Below are positions 11,771 through 22,057 of a stretch of 54,216 bases of DNA, piece by piece. Position 1 is the first letter of the stretch, and every line of letters begins with the position of its first letter. The translations under genes and the position numbers were made by a program. Origin of the DNA: Candidatus Brocadiia bacterium (GTDB lineage: Bacteria; Planctomycetota; PUPC01); the NCBI GenBank assembly GCA_030605345.1, contig JAUWIN010000004.1, forward strand, positions 1 through 54,216. Reading direction: 5' to 3'. Below the pieces are notes generated by a model. The model was given only the letters and a program-made list of their open reading frames with translations, had not been told where the DNA came from and ran no database searches.

Positions 11771-13468
11771 ATGCCGGGACGGCCGATGTACATGGAGCAA
11801 AAGCCCTCCGGGCCCATTCGAGCAGCGCGCGGTGCCCTGTTGCGCTGCAAGACCTGGGAGGCCGCGGCGGCTCTCCGGATGCTGGAGAACAATCTCGATC
11901 CGGAGGTGGCGCTCTTGCCGGATCAACTCATCGTCTACGGCGGCTCCGGCCGGGCCTGTCGGAACTGGCGAGAATATCACCGCATCGTAGCGGCGCTGAA
12001 GGAACTGGAGGAAGACCAGACCCTGCTGGTGCAGTCGGGAAAGGCCGTCGGTGTGCTCCAGACCTACCCGCACAGTCCATCCGTCCTCATCGCAAACAGC
12101 AACATCGTGCCCGCCTGGTCAACCCAGGAAAACTTCGACCGATACGATGCCATCGGCCTGACGATGTACGGCCAGATGACCGCGGGCAGTTGGATCTACA
12201 TCGCCACGCAGGGCAGCCTTCAGGGCACCTTTCAGACACTTGCCACGCTGGCGGAACAGCATTTCGGCGGGACGCTCGAAGGAAAGTTCGTCTTGACCGG
12301 CGGACTGGGTGCGATGAGCGGCGCGCAGCCGCTGGCGGTGACGATGAACGACGGCGTGCTCCTCGCGGTGGAGGTAGATGGCGAGCGCATCGCTCGACGG
12401 GTGAAGGAAGGCTACTGCAACCGGATGACGGCCGACCTGGACGAGGCGTTGGGCTGGGTGACAGAAGCCGTCCGGGCAAAAGCGCCGCTGTCGGTTGGGC
12501 TGGTCGGCAACTGTGCCTCGGTTTGCCCCGAGTTGGTGCGTCGAGGCGTGACGCCCGACGTGGTCACTGATCAGACCTCTGCCCACGACCTCATGGATTA
12601 CGTCCCCACCGGCGACCTGGCGGGCGTGCGCCGGCTTCGTTCGGCCGATCCGGAGGAATATCGGAAACGCTCGTTGGAGTCCATTGTCCGCCATACCGAG
12701 GCGATTCTGGAGATGCTGGAACGCGGCGCCATTGTGTTCGACTACGGGAACAATCTGCGCGGTCAGGCGGAGAAAGGCGGGCTGACCGTTCGCAATGAGG
12801 ACGGGGATTTTCTGTATCCCGGCTTTGTGCCTGCGTTCATTCGCCCGCTCTTTTGCGAAGGGCGGGGGCCCTTCCGATGGGCGGCGCTTTCGGGAGAGAT
12901 ATCAGACATCCAGAAAATCGACGAGGTAGTCCTGAAGCTTTTTCCGGACGACGACATCCTCCGCCGGTGGATTCATCTTGCTCAGAAACAGGTCCCGCAG
13001 CTTGGGCTTCCGGCGCGCATCTGCTGGCTCGGTCTGGGCGAGCGGGCGAAGCTCGGGGTCCGGATCAACGAGATGGTCGCACGGGGCGAGCTCGCCGGGC
13101 CAGTCGTCATCGGTCGAGACCACCTCGACTGTGGCTCAGTGGCCTCACCCAACCGCGAAACGGAGGGCATGAACGACGGGAGTGACGCCATCGCCGACTG
13201 GCCGCTCCTGAACGCGCTGGCCAACGCGGTCTGCGGCGCAGATTGGGTCTCTATCCACAATGGCGGCGGCGTTGGTATCGGCAATTCGACGCACGCCGGC
13301 CAAGTGATTGTCGCCACCGGAAAGAAGGAAAAACGCATTCGGCTGGAACGGGTCCTGACCGCCGATCCGATGACGGGGATCTTTCGCCACGCCGACGCCG
13401 GATACGAGGAAGCTATCGACTTTGCGAAGGCCAGACAGGTCAATATCCCCGGCCTGAAAGAAAATTAG
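11771..13468 (+). CDS. hutU: Urocanate hydratase
   Basis: [46 protein letters not shown]. The true start may be 11786 or 11792. Confidence 0.96.
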   Translation: MPGRPMYMEQKPSGPIRAARGALLRCKTWEAAAALRMLENNLDPEVALLPDQLIVYGGSGRACRNWREYHRIVAALKELEEDQTLLVQSGKAVGVLQTYPHSPSVLIANSNIVPAWSTQENFDRYDAIGLTMYGQMTAGSWIYIATQGSLQGTFQTLATLAEQHFGGTLEGKFVLTGGLGAMSGAQPLAVTMNDGVLLAVEVDGERIARRVKEGYCNRMTADLDEALGWVTEAVRAKAPLSVGLVGNCASVCPELVRRGVTPDVVTDQTSAHDLMDYVPTGDLAGVRRLRSADPEEYRKRSLESIVRHTEAILEMLERGAIVFDYGNNLRGQAEKGGLTVRNEDGDFLYPGFVPAFIRPLFCEGRGPFRWAALSGEISDIQKIDEVVLKLFPDDDILRRWIHLAQKQVPQLGLPARICWLGLGERAKLGVRINEMVARGELAGPVVIGRDHLDCGSVASPNRETEGMNDGSDAIADWPLLNALANAVCGADWVSIHNGGGVGIGNSTHAGQVIVATGKKEKRIRLERVLTADPMTGIFRHADAGYEEAIDFAKARQVNIPGLKEN

Positions 13469-13481
13469 ACGGAAATGCTCA

Positions 13482-14534
13482 ATGCAGAAAACTGTCGCCT
13501 GCGTGCCCAACTTCAGCGAAGGTTCCGACGAGAAGATAATCCGCCGGATTGCCGATGAGATTAGAGCGACGAAAGGGGTGCAGCTCCTGGACGTCGATCC
13601 GGGCAAGGATACAAACCGAACGGTGATCACTTTCGCCGGTGAGCCCGAGGCCGCCCGGACCGCAGCCTTCAGGGCCATTCGGACGGCTGCTGAACTGATC
13701 GACATGAGCAGCCATCACGGCACCCACCCGCGGGTGGGGGCGACGGACGTCTGTCCGTTTATCCCTGTGGCTGAAGTGTCGGTCGAGGAATGTATCAGTC
13801 TCGCCAAAGTCCTGGCCCGGCAGGTGGGACGGGAGCTCCGCATTCCTGTGTATTTATACGGCTATGCTGCGGCGAGGCCAGAACGCGAAAAACTTCCAGA
13901 CATCAGGAAGGGCGAATACGAAGCTCTGCCGGAAAAACTGAAGTCCCCGGACTTCAAGCCCGACTTCGGCCCACAGGAGTTCAACGCTCGCTCCGGAGCG
14001 ACTGTCATCGGGGTGCGGGATTTCATGCTCGCCTACAACATCAACCTGAACACGAAGGACGTGGCTCCGGCCCGCGAGATAGCGAGGAATATCCGAGAAA
14101 CCGGACGGCCTGCCCGCGCCGAAAACGGGCACATCATCAGAAGAAAAGACGGTACGCCGGTCAGGGTGCCCGGCAAACTAAAATACTGCCAGGCCATTGG
14201 ATGGTATGTAGTGAAGTATGACCGCGCTCAGGTATCAACGAATCTTCACAATTACAAGGTCACCGGCCTGCACACGGCATTTGAAACCGTCCGCCAGGAG
14301 GCAGCTACACGCGGAGTGGAAGTGACCGGCAGCGAACTCATTGGCCTCGCGCCCAAACAGGCAATACTGGATGCCGGCAAGTTCTATCTGACACAACGTG
14401 GGCGCGACATCAATGTTGCCGAGCAGACTATAATTGATACAGCGGTTCGCTCCCTCGGGCTAAATGATGTGGTCCCCTTCAACCCGGCGGAAAAAATTAT
14501 CGAATACCGAATCAGCCACCAGGTTGAGCAATGA
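13482..14534 (+). CDS. ftcd: Glutamate formiminotransferase (FTCD N-terminal part only)
   Basis: CVPNFSEG, NRTVIT, HPRVGATDVCPFIP, GSELIGL; located inside the hut operon. Confidence 0.92.
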   Translation: MQKTVACVPNFSEGSDEKIIRRIADEIRATKGVQLLDVDPGKDTNRTVITFAGEPEAARTAAFRAIRTAAELIDMSSHHGTHPRVGATDVCPFIPVAEVSVEECISLAKVLARQVGRELRIPVYLYGYAAARPEREKLPDIRKGEYEALPEKLKSPDFKPDFGPQEFNARSGATVIGVRDFMLAYNINLNTKDVAPAREIARNIRETGRPARAENGHIIRRKDGTPVRVPGKLKYCQAIGWYVVKYDRAQVSTNLHNYKVTGLHTAFETVRQEAATRGVEVTGSELIGLAPKQAILDAGKFYLTQRGRDINVAEQTIIDTAVRSLGLNDVVPFNPAEKIIEYRISHQVEQ

Positions 14535-15796
14535 AACCGGAACGGACGAAAGATCCAGCCGACCTGCTCGTGTTTAACGCTTCGAAGGTGTTGACCCTGG
14601 CAGGCCCCGACCGGCCTCGCTCGGGCGAGGAAATGCAGGACCTGGGCGCAATCCCGGGCGGGGCTGTCGCGATGCGCGGCGGCCGCATCCTGGAGACAGG
14701 CGCCTCGGCACAGCTGCGCGACCACTACGCGGATGCCAAGCGGCTCGATGCGGCAGGCGGCCTCGTCATGCCGGGGTTTGTCGATTGCCACACACATCTG
14801 GTTTACGCCGGGTCACGGGAAAATGAACTGGCCCAGCGCCTGGCCGGGGCGAGTTACCTTGACATCCTGGCAGCGGGCGGCGGTATTCACAGCACCGTCC
14901 ACGCCACCCGCGCGGCGAGCTATGAAGAACTCACCCAGCTTGCATTGAAGCGGATGAACCAGATGCTTCAACACGGGACAACCACCGTGGAGATCAAAAG
15001 CGGCTACGGGCTCGACCTTGAGACCGAGAAAAAGATTCTTGAAGTCGCCGCCGCCGCGGGTCGCCGGCACCCTCTTGACGTGGTTCCCACGTTTCTGGGC
15101 GCTCATGCCGTGCCCCGAGGGACAAATCGCGCAAGATATGTGAACTGGTTGATAAAGGAAGCGCTGCCCGCGCTGCGAGGTCTGAGCGAGTTTTGCGACG
15201 TCTTCTGCGAAAAAGAAGCCTTTACCGCGAAGGAGACCGGCCGGATTCTCAGGGCGGCCAAGCGCCACGGATACGGCCTCAAGGTCCACGCCGGCCAGTT
15301 CAGCGACCTCGGCGCCGCTGGGGTGGCCGCCGGGCTTGGTGCCGTTTCTGCGGAACACCTGGAGAACGTTTCCGAGGCCCAACTCAAACAGATGCGCAAC
15401 AGCGGCACTGTGGCCGTGCTGCTGCCGGGCGTCCCGTTCTTCCTGCTTTCCGAGCGTTATGCTGACGCGCGGCGGATGATCCGCCTCGGCGTGCCCGTCG
15501 CGCTGGGGACTGATTTCAATCCGGGTTCCTGCCCCTCATTCTCGATGCAAATGGGGGTCGCGCTTGCCTGCCTGAAAATGATGATGACGGTGGAGGAAGC
15601 CATCACCGCATCGACCATCAATGCGGCCTGGGCTATCCGTCGGGCCGACTGGCTGGGGTCGCTGGAACCGGGCAAACAGGGGGATTTGATTGTGCTGGAT
15701 GTGCAGGATATTTCGTCGCTGCCCTGCCACTTCGGCACGAACCTTGTGCGGTCCGTCGTCAAAGCGGGGCAGATTGTCCTCCCACCTCGCCACTGA
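14531..15796 (+). CDS. hutI: Imidazolonepropionase
   Basis: PGFVDCHTH, GGGIHSTV, GTTTVEIKSGYGL, FLGAHA, DVFCE and TDFNPGS. Confidence 0.95.
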   Translation: MKPERTKDPADLLVFNASKVLTLAGPDRPRSGEEMQDLGAIPGGAVAMRGGRILETGASAQLRDHYADAKRLDAAGGLVMPGFVDCHTHLVYAGSRENELAQRLAGASYLDILAAGGGIHSTVHATRAASYEELTQLALKRMNQMLQHGTTTVEIKSGYGLDLETEKKILEVAAAAGRRHPLDVVPTFLGAHAVPRGTNRARYVNWLIKEALPALRGLSEFCDVFCEKEAFTAKETGRILRAAKRHGYGLKVHAGQFSDLGAAGVAAGLGAVSAEHLENVSEAQLKQMRNSGTVAVLLPGVPFFLLSERYADARRMIRLGVPVALGTDFNPGSCPSFSMQMGVALACLKMMMTVEEAITASTINAAWAIRRADWLGSLEPGKQGDLIVLDVQDISSLPCHFGTNLVRSVVKAGQIVLPPRH

Positions 15797-15813
15797 GGCG
15801 GCTTCATCAACAC

Positions 15814-15841
15814 TTGACATTGGCGCTGCCGGACATAAAAT
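15814..15841 (+). promoter_or_regulatory. Sigma70 promoter of the DUF1080 gene
   Basis: TTGACA-16bp-TAAAAT upstream of an AAGGAGG RBS. Confidence 0.65.
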
Positions 15842-15927
15842 CAGCACGCTCAGATGGACGTTGTTGCGGCCGGTGTCCGGTCACAGCTTCTAATAAGTTT
15901 TGGCAAACTCACAGAAGGAGGTCGAAG

Positions 15928-16671
15928 GTGGCAAAGGACAAGCTCGGATACGATGACACACCGATCATTCCCGGTCAGAACTTTAAGGTGCACGACAGCA
16001 AGCGGCCCCAGGCGCGCGTGATCACGCCCGGCACCGCAAGCACTGAGGAACAGGCCGGTGAGCCCCCGTCGGATGCCGTCGTGCTGTTCGATGGCACGGA
16101 CCTGTCGAGCTGGACGGGGCGGGACGACAAGGCGCAGTGGAAGGTCGAGAACGACTACATGGAGGTCAATCCCGGCACCGGCGACATTCAGACCAAGAAA
16201 AAGTTCGGCGATTGCCAGCTGCACGTGGAATGGCAGTCTCCCCACGAAGTCTCCGGAGACAGCCAAGGACGCGGAAACAGTGGCGTTTTTCTCATGGGGC
16301 GCTACGAGATACAGGTGCTGGACTGCTACGACAACCCCACCTATGCCGACGGTGCCACAGCTGGCATCTACGGCCAGTGGCCACCCCTGGTGAACGCCTG
16401 CCGCAGGCCCGGACAGTGGCAGACCTACGACATAGTCTGGAAAGTCCCAAGGTTCCGGGGAAAGAAGGTGCTCTGTCCGGCGCGTCTCACGCTGATTCAC
16501 AACGGCGTTGTTGTGCACCACGACAAGGAACTCATCGGCCCCACCACACACCGCCAAGTCCTCCCCTACGAGGCGCATCCAGAGGAGGGGCCACTCTCCC
16601 TGCAGGACCACGGCGACCTGGTGCGCTACCGCAACATCTGGTACCGTTCTCTGCGCGATTACGACGAGTAG
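15928..16671 (+). CDS. DUF1080 family protein (3-keto-disaccharide hydrolase-like)
   Basis: PPSDAVVLFDG, FGDCQLHVEW, GNSGVF, YEIQVLD, WQTYDI, LQDHG and YRNIW. GTG start follows AAGGAGG. Confidence 0.9.
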   Translation: MAKDKLGYDDTPIIPGQNFKVHDSKRPQARVITPGTASTEEQAGEPPSDAVVLFDGTDLSSWTGRDDKAQWKVENDYMEVNPGTGDIQTKKKFGDCQLHVEWQSPHEVSGDSQGRGNSGVFLMGRYEIQVLDCYDNPTYADGATAGIYGQWPPLVNACRRPGQWQTYDIVWKVPRFRGKKVLCPARLTLIHNGVVVHHDKELIGPTTHRQVLPYEAHPEEGPLSLQDHGDLVRYRNIWYRSLRDYDE

Positions 16672-16719
16672 CCTGAGCGGTCTCAGCGGTCCGGACGCCT
16701 CGACGAATGAGCGGAAAGG

Positions 16720-16753
16720 AAATGGGTTCCCGGGTCAGCCCGGGAACCCATTT
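16720..16753. terminator. Bidirectional hairpin terminator between convergent genes
   Basis: Perfect 15-bp stem AAATGGGTTCCCGGG-tcag-CCCGGGAACCCATTT. Confidence 0.75.
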
Positions 16754-16775
16754 GAGACGTCCGACTTTCGCAGTC

Positions 16776-17367
16776 TTACTTAGCTTCTTCGGCTTCGTGG
16801 TCTTGCGGTGTTTCGCCTTGCCGTTTAAGCTTGTTCTTCATTCGGCGGCGACTGCCTCTCTCACGCATTTTCTGCGCTATATGGATTCTCTCACGCATTT
16901 TCTGCGCTAAATGTTTGGCGGCCTCATCCTTGTGGGCCTCCAACATCTCCGCCAACTGCTTGTGAAACCGGCTCTGTTCCTCGATCATCTTGATGGCGTG
17001 TGCCTCGATTTTCTTGCCGGTTTCCTCTCTGAGCGCCTCACGATCAACCCCTTCTTCCTGTTCTTTCTCCTGTTCGATAAGATTCCTGATGTCTTCCCCT
17101 ATTGCCTTGCGCAGATCCCCTATGTTCTGTTTATGCTTTTCCCGGGCTGCCTGCACATCTTCGAGCTGTGCAAACCAATGCAGCTCCTTGGATGGTGCGA
17201 ACATATTCGGTCGCTTCAGAGTTCTGCCGCTGGGGCCGGGACGCTGTCCGCGCACAGCCTTGTGCCCTGGTTCAGCGCGAGGAGCAGATTCCTCCGCTTT
17301 TTGCCGGCAGCATGCTGACAACTACAAAAACCGCCAGTCCGATGGTTACGAGACGTGCTGTTTTCAT
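16776..17367 (-). CDS. Secreted helical/coiled-coil protein of the ECF operon, +1 frameshift in an A5 run
   Basis: The ATG at 17367 gives the signal peptide MKTARLVTIGLAVFVVVSMLPAK. Removing one A at 17298-17302 joins it through AKA|EE to ORF 16776..17321. Confidence 0.65.
16857..16909. repeat. In-frame tandem repeat of a 23-bp unit, period 30 (AQKMRER x2)
   Basis: TCTCTCACGCATTTTCTGCGCTA occurs twice. Confidence 0.8.
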
Positions 17368-17391
17368 GGTTTTTTCCTTCCTTTCTTGGGG

Positions 17392-17946
17392 TTACACTAA
17401 AAACCTTATCGACGACACATCCGAACGCACTTCACCTAAATCCTCGCTGACGGATTCATGCCCGTACACCTCCTCAATATATTCCAGTGATTGAAGGTCC
17501 TGGCAAAACGCATCGACGATATCGAACAGATCGGCTTTGAGTGTGCCCGCCTCTGTTTCCGTGTAATTGTTGCCGGAAGCCGGAACGGCCACGTCCGAAT
17601 CGCGTTGGTGAAGAAAATAACACACCGGCAGCACAGCCAGAAAGATACAGGCCGCGCCTGCCAGGACTGCTCTGCGAATGAGCTGCCGCCGGGGCGCAGG
17701 TCGGCGGACGCTGTTGACCATCCGTTGACGTATTTGCGTGCGCCGCGGGATATTGTGCTCTCGTGTCTGCTCGAATGTGTGGAGAACCGCCTCCATCTGT
17801 ATCTTCGCCGTGCGACACGATTCGCACTCCTGCAGATGCTTCTGCAGAGAGGCCGCCTGCTCTTGGGATGCCTCACCGCTGCGCGTGAGCAGCAAAATAT
17901 CCCGTGCCTGTTCGCAGGTGATTTCACGACAGGTATGCTCATTCAC
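17392..17946 (-). CDS. Zinc-binding anti-sigma factor (zf-HC2) with TM helix
   Basis: HLQECESC (HxxxCxxC) followed by a hydrophobic helix; coupled to the ECF sigma gene. Confidence 0.85.
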   Translation of the reverse strand: MNEHTCREITCEQARDILLLTRSGEASQEQAASLQKHLQECESCRTAKIQMEAVLHTFEQTREHNIPRRTQIRQRMVNSVRRPAPRRQLIRRAVLAGAACIFLAVLPVCYFLHQRDSDVAVPASGNNYTETEAGTLKADLFDIVDAFCQDLQSLEYIEEVYGHESVSEDLGEVRSDVSSIRFLV

Positions 17947-18485
17947 AGTTGCTGCCCTTTCAGTTCCTTCCGCAGGTTCTCGGTTGCGCGTCGCATATAC
18001 GAGAGTGCCGTGCCGAGCGGTATATCCATAATTTCAGCAACTTCTCTAAATTTCAGTTGTGCTTCCTCCCGGAGCAGAAAAACGCTCCGTTGCGTCTCCG
18101 GCAATTTGCTCAAGGCTTGGTCGATTTTTTCTTTTGTCTCCTGCGTGTGCTGTTGTGCTTCGGGCAGAACGGATTTCCGCTCTGCCTCGCGATGCCTCCA
18201 GTATTTGCGGAATCGTTTTCGTAAATATGTTTTCTTCCTTAGCCTGTCGAGCGCAACATTCCGGGCGACCGTGAGAAGCCATTGCAGGAGGCGTTCCTGT
18301 TCCCGATATGCTTTGAGCCTGTTGGCGGCTCGAATAAACGTTTCCTGCAACACGTCCTCGGCATCAGTCGTCCCCACCAGCCGGGACAGGTACCGATAAA
18401 CTGGCAGGCTGTACCGATCATAAATAACACCCAAGGCCTCCAGATCACCGGCCAGAAACCTACTTACCAGTTGCGAATCGTGCAC
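17943..18485 (-). CDS. ECF RNA polymerase sigma-70 factor
   Basis: DAEDVLQETF, WLLTVARNVALD, and region 4.2 LPETQRSVFLLR..LKFREVAEIMDIPLGT. Confidence 0.93.
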   Translation of the reverse strand: MHDSQLVSRFLAGDLEALGVIYDRYSLPVYRYLSRLVGTTDAEDVLQETFIRAANRLKAYREQERLLQWLLTVARNVALDRLRKKTYLRKRFRKYWRHREAERKSVLPEAQQHTQETKEKIDQALSKLPETQRSVFLLREEAQLKFREVAEIMDIPLGTALSYMRRATENLRKELKGQQL

Positions 18486-18817
18486 GGTGCTTTCTCAACT
18501 TCATTATGCATAACGTGGGCCGGGACCAGTTTATTGCGCTGATTTGGAGTGGATTTTTGCGGGTACCAGAGCATCGAGACCAGGGGAGTCTGCCTTTCCC
18601 TGTCAATTCCTAACAGATAAACAACCCGTCGTGAGCCTCCCGTCGAGAGCCTCCCTTCGGGTCTGAGCCTCTGGGTCGAAGACTGGGTCGAATGACAATT
18701 GGCAAGGTTCACACTCAAGGGTAGAGCCGCCATCTTCTCCTGGCAAGTTCCAACTACCAGTCGCACGGCTTCCGATGTCAGGATGGTCCGCGTCATCGGG
18801 GCTGCTCCACGTGGTTC

Positions 18818-18905
18818 TCATTTGCTGCGGCGGTTCATCGAGAGCACCCAGGCGAACCCCATCAAAACGAATATCCCCCAAAAACTGATGCGGTTGCAGC
18901 GATAC
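18818..18905 (-). pseudogene. Possible remnant of the first TM segment of a NupC/CNT nucleoside transporter
   Basis: NRISFWGIFVLMGFAWVLSMNRRSK* resembles CNT N-termini (LISxxGIxxLLGxAWLLSxNRR). It has no start codon or continuation. Confidence 0.4.
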
Positions 18906-18926
18906 TGGCTTCGCAGGCCTGCCATG

Positions 18927-21167
18927 TCAGAATCTGAACTCGAGGATTTCCTCAAGTTGGTCGAAACTGAGGCGGACGATAGTGAGGGACCGCCCTGCGT
19001 CGTGACGCCAGGCACGGGCGGCATCCGCAAGGTCGTCGATCTCGTCCAGTTTGGCGCCTCCCCACCGCACTTGCGACGGCTTGTCGCACTCGGCCAGGGT
19101 AAGGTAGCAGGTCTCGCCGGCGTGATATCCGAGCCTGACCACTAACTGCCTCGGCGACGACCGGATGGCGAGCATGTGGGCGACGGTTGCGACACGCGCT
19201 CGCCTCTCGTGCCGGGCAACGACCTCGCAGCGCGGCTCGAGCTCCTCGCCCAGCAGATGCAGCACGTTGCGGGTGATGAACTGCGGGTTCAGACGCAGGG
19301 GGTAATATTCCCTGCCCTCGACCACGTTGTAGGCGTCAGGGTAAAAGCCAGCCAGCTCCGACCGGGCTCCGTTGTCGGTCTTCTGGAGCTGCATCCCGCA
19401 CTGCGTGATAGCCCGGCCGATCCGATGCCACCGCATCGACCGGTCGTAACGCGCGATACGGAACAACTCCCTCGCGTAAACCAGCCCGTTCCACTGCGCC
19501 GCAACGCCGAACCAGGGCTTTTTATCCATCAAGGTGACTGCGAAAAAGGGAACGCTGGCGTAGCGCATGACCTCGCGGTTGTGCGCCTGCCACAGCCACA
19601 CGAACGGCAGCCCTGCCCAGGCCCAGTACACGGCGCGCTCGAGCCGGGCGGGATTGCCGCTGATGAGGTAAGCATCGAGATAAGCGGCCAGGAGTTGCGC
19701 CGCCGCAAGAAGGTCGGGCGCGTTCTGATGGACGTCCCATACCCTGAGTCCGGAAGGCCTGCTGACACGGTCGAGGAACCGGACGGCCTTGATTCCAGCG
19801 TCACGGTGGCCGCGGTCGCCGGTAAGGAGCGCCGATTTGAGCAGCATGGCGGCGTGCTCGGCGGTGACACCGGGGAGCGACCTTTCGCGCTTTCGCCCAA
19901 CCGCGGCGTCTTCCGCAGGCCACCCGCCGTCGCGCTGCTGCCTCCGTATCAGTTTATCCAGCCGCCCTTTCCACAGGCCAAGTTCTGTGGAGAACCCGCC
20001 GCGGAAGTACGCCAGAGACAAACCGCTGGCAGCGCCGTGCGCAGCGACGGCCTCCTCCACACAATCGCGCATGCGCTGTTTGAGCTCTTTGGCCTTCGCA
20101 AAAAGAGAACCACGCCAAAGCGCCAAGGCGACCAGTTCGCTGTAAAACGTCCACTTCTGCTCGGCCGTGCTGCTGTGCGCCCACGAAGAACGCGCCGGAC
20201 TCCAGGCGCGGTCGAGGTAAGTCTCGATGTCAAGCTCGATGCTCTCTTTGTAACTGCGGGGCTTCGGCGGCGGGGGGATGAGCCCGCACAGGTTGATATA
20301 CTCACCAATAGCCTCCAGCACGTTAGAAGAGTCAAGCGTGAAGAGGTTACACTCCAGCTTGATTTCACGGCCGGGCGTCATCTGGTATGGCCGTTCCGCG
20401 CACAGCGAGCCCTCGTCCACAAACTTCGGCACGGACGGCAGGAACAGGCCCATCAGGTGGGAGTCGGCCTTCTGAGTAAAATCGGGCGAAGCGAACACCG
20501 CAGCGGGATAGCGGGGTGCGGATGATTCCCTCCGCTCGCCATCCCACATCTGAAGTGGGTCCCAGGTCAGCCCGGTCACCAGGGCGCCCCGGGCCAGGGC
20601 CATCACCGGCACAGTAATCTTATACGGATGCGGCACGTGGCGGCGGTCGAACGGCGGCGGCGCAACATCCGACGAGGAAGACCGTTCCCGACCGACTACC
20701 CAGTCCAGCCCTGGGAAGATAGCCGCGGTTCTCTGCGGCCCGGCGGCATCGGCCGATACTCTCAGAAATGGACACCGAAAGGCCAACAGGTCACAGAGGC
20801 CGCTCGCCGCAAGCCGGCCAGTAATGGTGACCCTTGGGCCCCGGTCGGGCATGTAGAATTCGATACTGAGCGACCACCGCACTTCATCAGCATCATGAAA
20901 CTCCGACTCCAGCCGCAGGATACAGTCGGCTCCACGTCGGTCTATCTCGTAGCTAGCAGCACTGACCTTCTCCGTCCCTGTGGTGCCGTCCCGCGCCCGG
21001 TAGACAACTACGCAGACCGGGTCCGCCGTAGCCGCCAGTTCGAACTCGTCACCCTTCCTGCCGTACACGGAGTATTTGCTGACCAGCCCGTCAACTAGGG
21101 GGAACGTCAGCCGCAGCGAGTCATTCTCGATCGCGATACCGTCGCTCAGCTCCAGTATCGTCGCCAC
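18927..21167 (-). CDS. Large hypothetical protein, probable beta-sandwich plus (alpha/alpha)-barrel
   Basis: Long ORF with host-like codon use and a GTG start after GGAGG; QQRDGGW and helical repeats suggest an alpha-toroid fold. Function unknown. Confidence 0.7.
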   Translation of the reverse strand: MATILELSDGIAIENDSLRLTFPLVDGLVSKYSVYGRKGDEFELAATADPVCVVVYRARDGTTGTEKVSAASYEIDRRGADCILRLESEFHDADEVRWSLSIEFYMPDRGPRVTITGRLAASGLCDLLAFRCPFLRVSADAAGPQRTAAIFPGLDWVVGRERSSSSDVAPPPFDRRHVPHPYKITVPVMALARGALVTGLTWDPLQMWDGERRESSAPRYPAAVFASPDFTQKADSHLMGLFLPSVPKFVDEGSLCAERPYQMTPGREIKLECNLFTLDSSNVLEAIGEYINLCGLIPPPPKPRSYKESIELDIETYLDRAWSPARSSWAHSSTAEQKWTFYSELVALALWRGSLFAKAKELKQRMRDCVEEAVAAHGAASGLSLAYFRGGFSTELGLWKGRLDKLIRRQQRDGGWPAEDAAVGRKRERSLPGVTAEHAAMLLKSALLTGDRGHRDAGIKAVRFLDRVSRPSGLRVWDVHQNAPDLLAAAQLLAAYLDAYLISGNPARLERAVYWAWAGLPFVWLWQAHNREVMRYASVPFFAVTLMDKKPWFGVAAQWNGLVYARELFRIARYDRSMRWHRIGRAITQCGMQLQKTDNGARSELAGFYPDAYNVVEGREYYPLRLNPQFITRNVLHLLGEELEPRCEVVARHERRARVATVAHMLAIRSSPRQLVVRLGYHAGETCYLTLAECDKPSQVRWGGAKLDEIDDLADAARAWRHDAGRSLTIVRLSFDQLEEILEFRF

Positions 21168-21270
21168 CCTGCGCCCTCCCAGCCTGGTCGGGGGGAATTT
21201 TTCGTCAGTATTTGTACCACACCCAGGGCTGCGGCGCAAGTGCGCATGGCGCAGGCAGACATCCCGGAGC

Positions 21271-21299
21271 TTGACGAACGCGAGCCTTTGGGGTAAACT
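21271..21299 (+). promoter_or_regulatory. Sigma70 promoter of rnpB
   Basis: TTGACG-17bp-TAAACT. Confidence 0.75.
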
Positions 21300-21322
21300 A
21301 TATTTGGCGGCTCATTGCCAAT

Positions 21323-21720
21323 GGGGTATTGGAGGCAAGGCGGCCGCTCGCGCAGTAGCGCGGGAGGAAAGTCCGGGCCCCAGGGATCACGGCGGTGGGT
21401 AACGCCCACCGGGCGCAAGCCTCGGGAAAGTGGAACAGAAAGCATACCGCCCCGAAGTCTGCTTCGGCGGACAAGAGGTAAGGGTGAAAAGGTGGGGTAA
21501 GAGCCCACCAGCGGCACGGTGACGTGCCGGCTCGCTAAACCCCGCCGGGGGCAAGACCAAATATGGGAAGAGAGCGATCTCCTCGCCGCCATCGCAGATG
21601 GCACATTCCCGGGTAGGTCGCTGGAGGCTGGCGGCAACGCCGGTCCCAGATGAATGGCCGCCATGCCCGGCACCGCAAGGTGTCGGGCGCACAGAACCCG
21701 GCTTACCGCCTCCAGTCCCC
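21323..21720 (+). ncRNA. rnpB: RNase P RNA (bacterial type A)
   Basis: GAGGAAAGTCCGGGC, ACAGAAA, GGGTGAAAAGGTGGGGTAAGAGCCCACC and ACAGAACCCGGCTTA. P1 pairs GGGGTATTGGAGGC with GCCTCCAGTCCCC. Confidence 0.96.
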
Positions 21721-22057
21721 CGCGACTAACTTCTTTCGCATTCCTTAGGTTACTTCTTCCTGAAATTGCCTTCACTTTACAGGAGATACCTATTTTGCTT
21801 CGATAGGGCATTATCACGTTGCCTCTACACCACGTGCCGCATCCTTGCGCCGCGCTCCACCGGAGGTTAGAATGAGGCGCGCTGTGTGCTATGATGTTAT
21901 GGAGAACGTCGGCGCAACCGAGTCGCGAAGGTCCTTTTAAACTATGCCGGCCGGGTTCAGGGGAGCGTCTTCGAGGGTGATCTCGACGAAACCGTCATAT
22001 CGCAACCTACAAACCACCTGAGGGTCACAAAACGGGGAAGAGCTTATAGGTGATAAA

